A stretch of 64,000 nt of DNA from Octopus vulgaris (Eukaryota): assembly GCA_951406725.2 (NCBI GenBank), contig OX597825.1:61690001-61754000 (forward strand). The letters are read 5' to 3'. The position numbers were made by a program, and so were the translations under genes. Below the pieces are notes generated by a model. That model was not told the DNA's origin. It did not search any database and saw nothing but the letters and a program-made list of their open reading frames with translations. Position 1 is the stretch's first letter. Every line of letters starts with the position of its first letter. Positions 63,752-64,000 of this stretch are shown in pieces.

Positions 63752-63955
63752 CTTTTAGTTTTTGCTTGTTTCAGTCATTAGACTATGCCCATGCTGGGGC
63801 AACGCCTTGAAGTATTAGTTAAATGAATCGACCCTGGTGATTATTTTTTAAGCTTGGTGCTTATTCTATCGGCCTCTTTCGCCAAACTGCTAAGTTACAG
63901 GGATGTAAACACACCAGTACTGGTTGTCAAGCAGTTGTGGGGAGAACAGACAGAC
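63752..63955 (-). mobile_element. SINE family B 3' half, degenerate
   Basis: TTGTTTCAGTCAT...CATGCTGG...CTAAGTTACAGGGATGTAAACACACC. Confidence 0.75.
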
Positions 63956-64000
63956 ATAGGTAGATATACATGCATATATATATATATATATATATATATA

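Overview
AT-rich, microsatellite-saturated eukaryotic DNA made almost entirely of transposable-element debris. The SINE families resemble the Octopus OK/OR-type SINEs, so a coleoid cephalopod source is inferred but not proven. No host protein-coding gene can be supported: the ORF track is microsatellite, SINE or TE read-through. Recognisable content includes (i) dozens of tRNA-derived SINEs in several families, some with clear TSDs; (ii) RTE-type non-autonomous elements; (iii) decayed LINEs (R4/Dong, CR1, RTE, L1/Tx1, HERO-like); (iv) three Penelope-like (PLE) ORF remnants; (v) hAT, mariner and piggyBac remnants or MITEs; (vi) three non-autonomous Helitrons; (vii) a solo LTR; and (viii) a U6 snRNA pseudogene abutting a SINE. 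The most interesting signal is a set of short elements, mostly in TA-rich microsatellites, from at least four unrelated families that each carry a minimal type I hammerhead-ribozyme motif. One has a near-intact core at 31588-31635 and another is an inverted pair at 52425-52684. All calls come from reading the sequence by eye; no database searches were run, and family labels A-E are local to this report.
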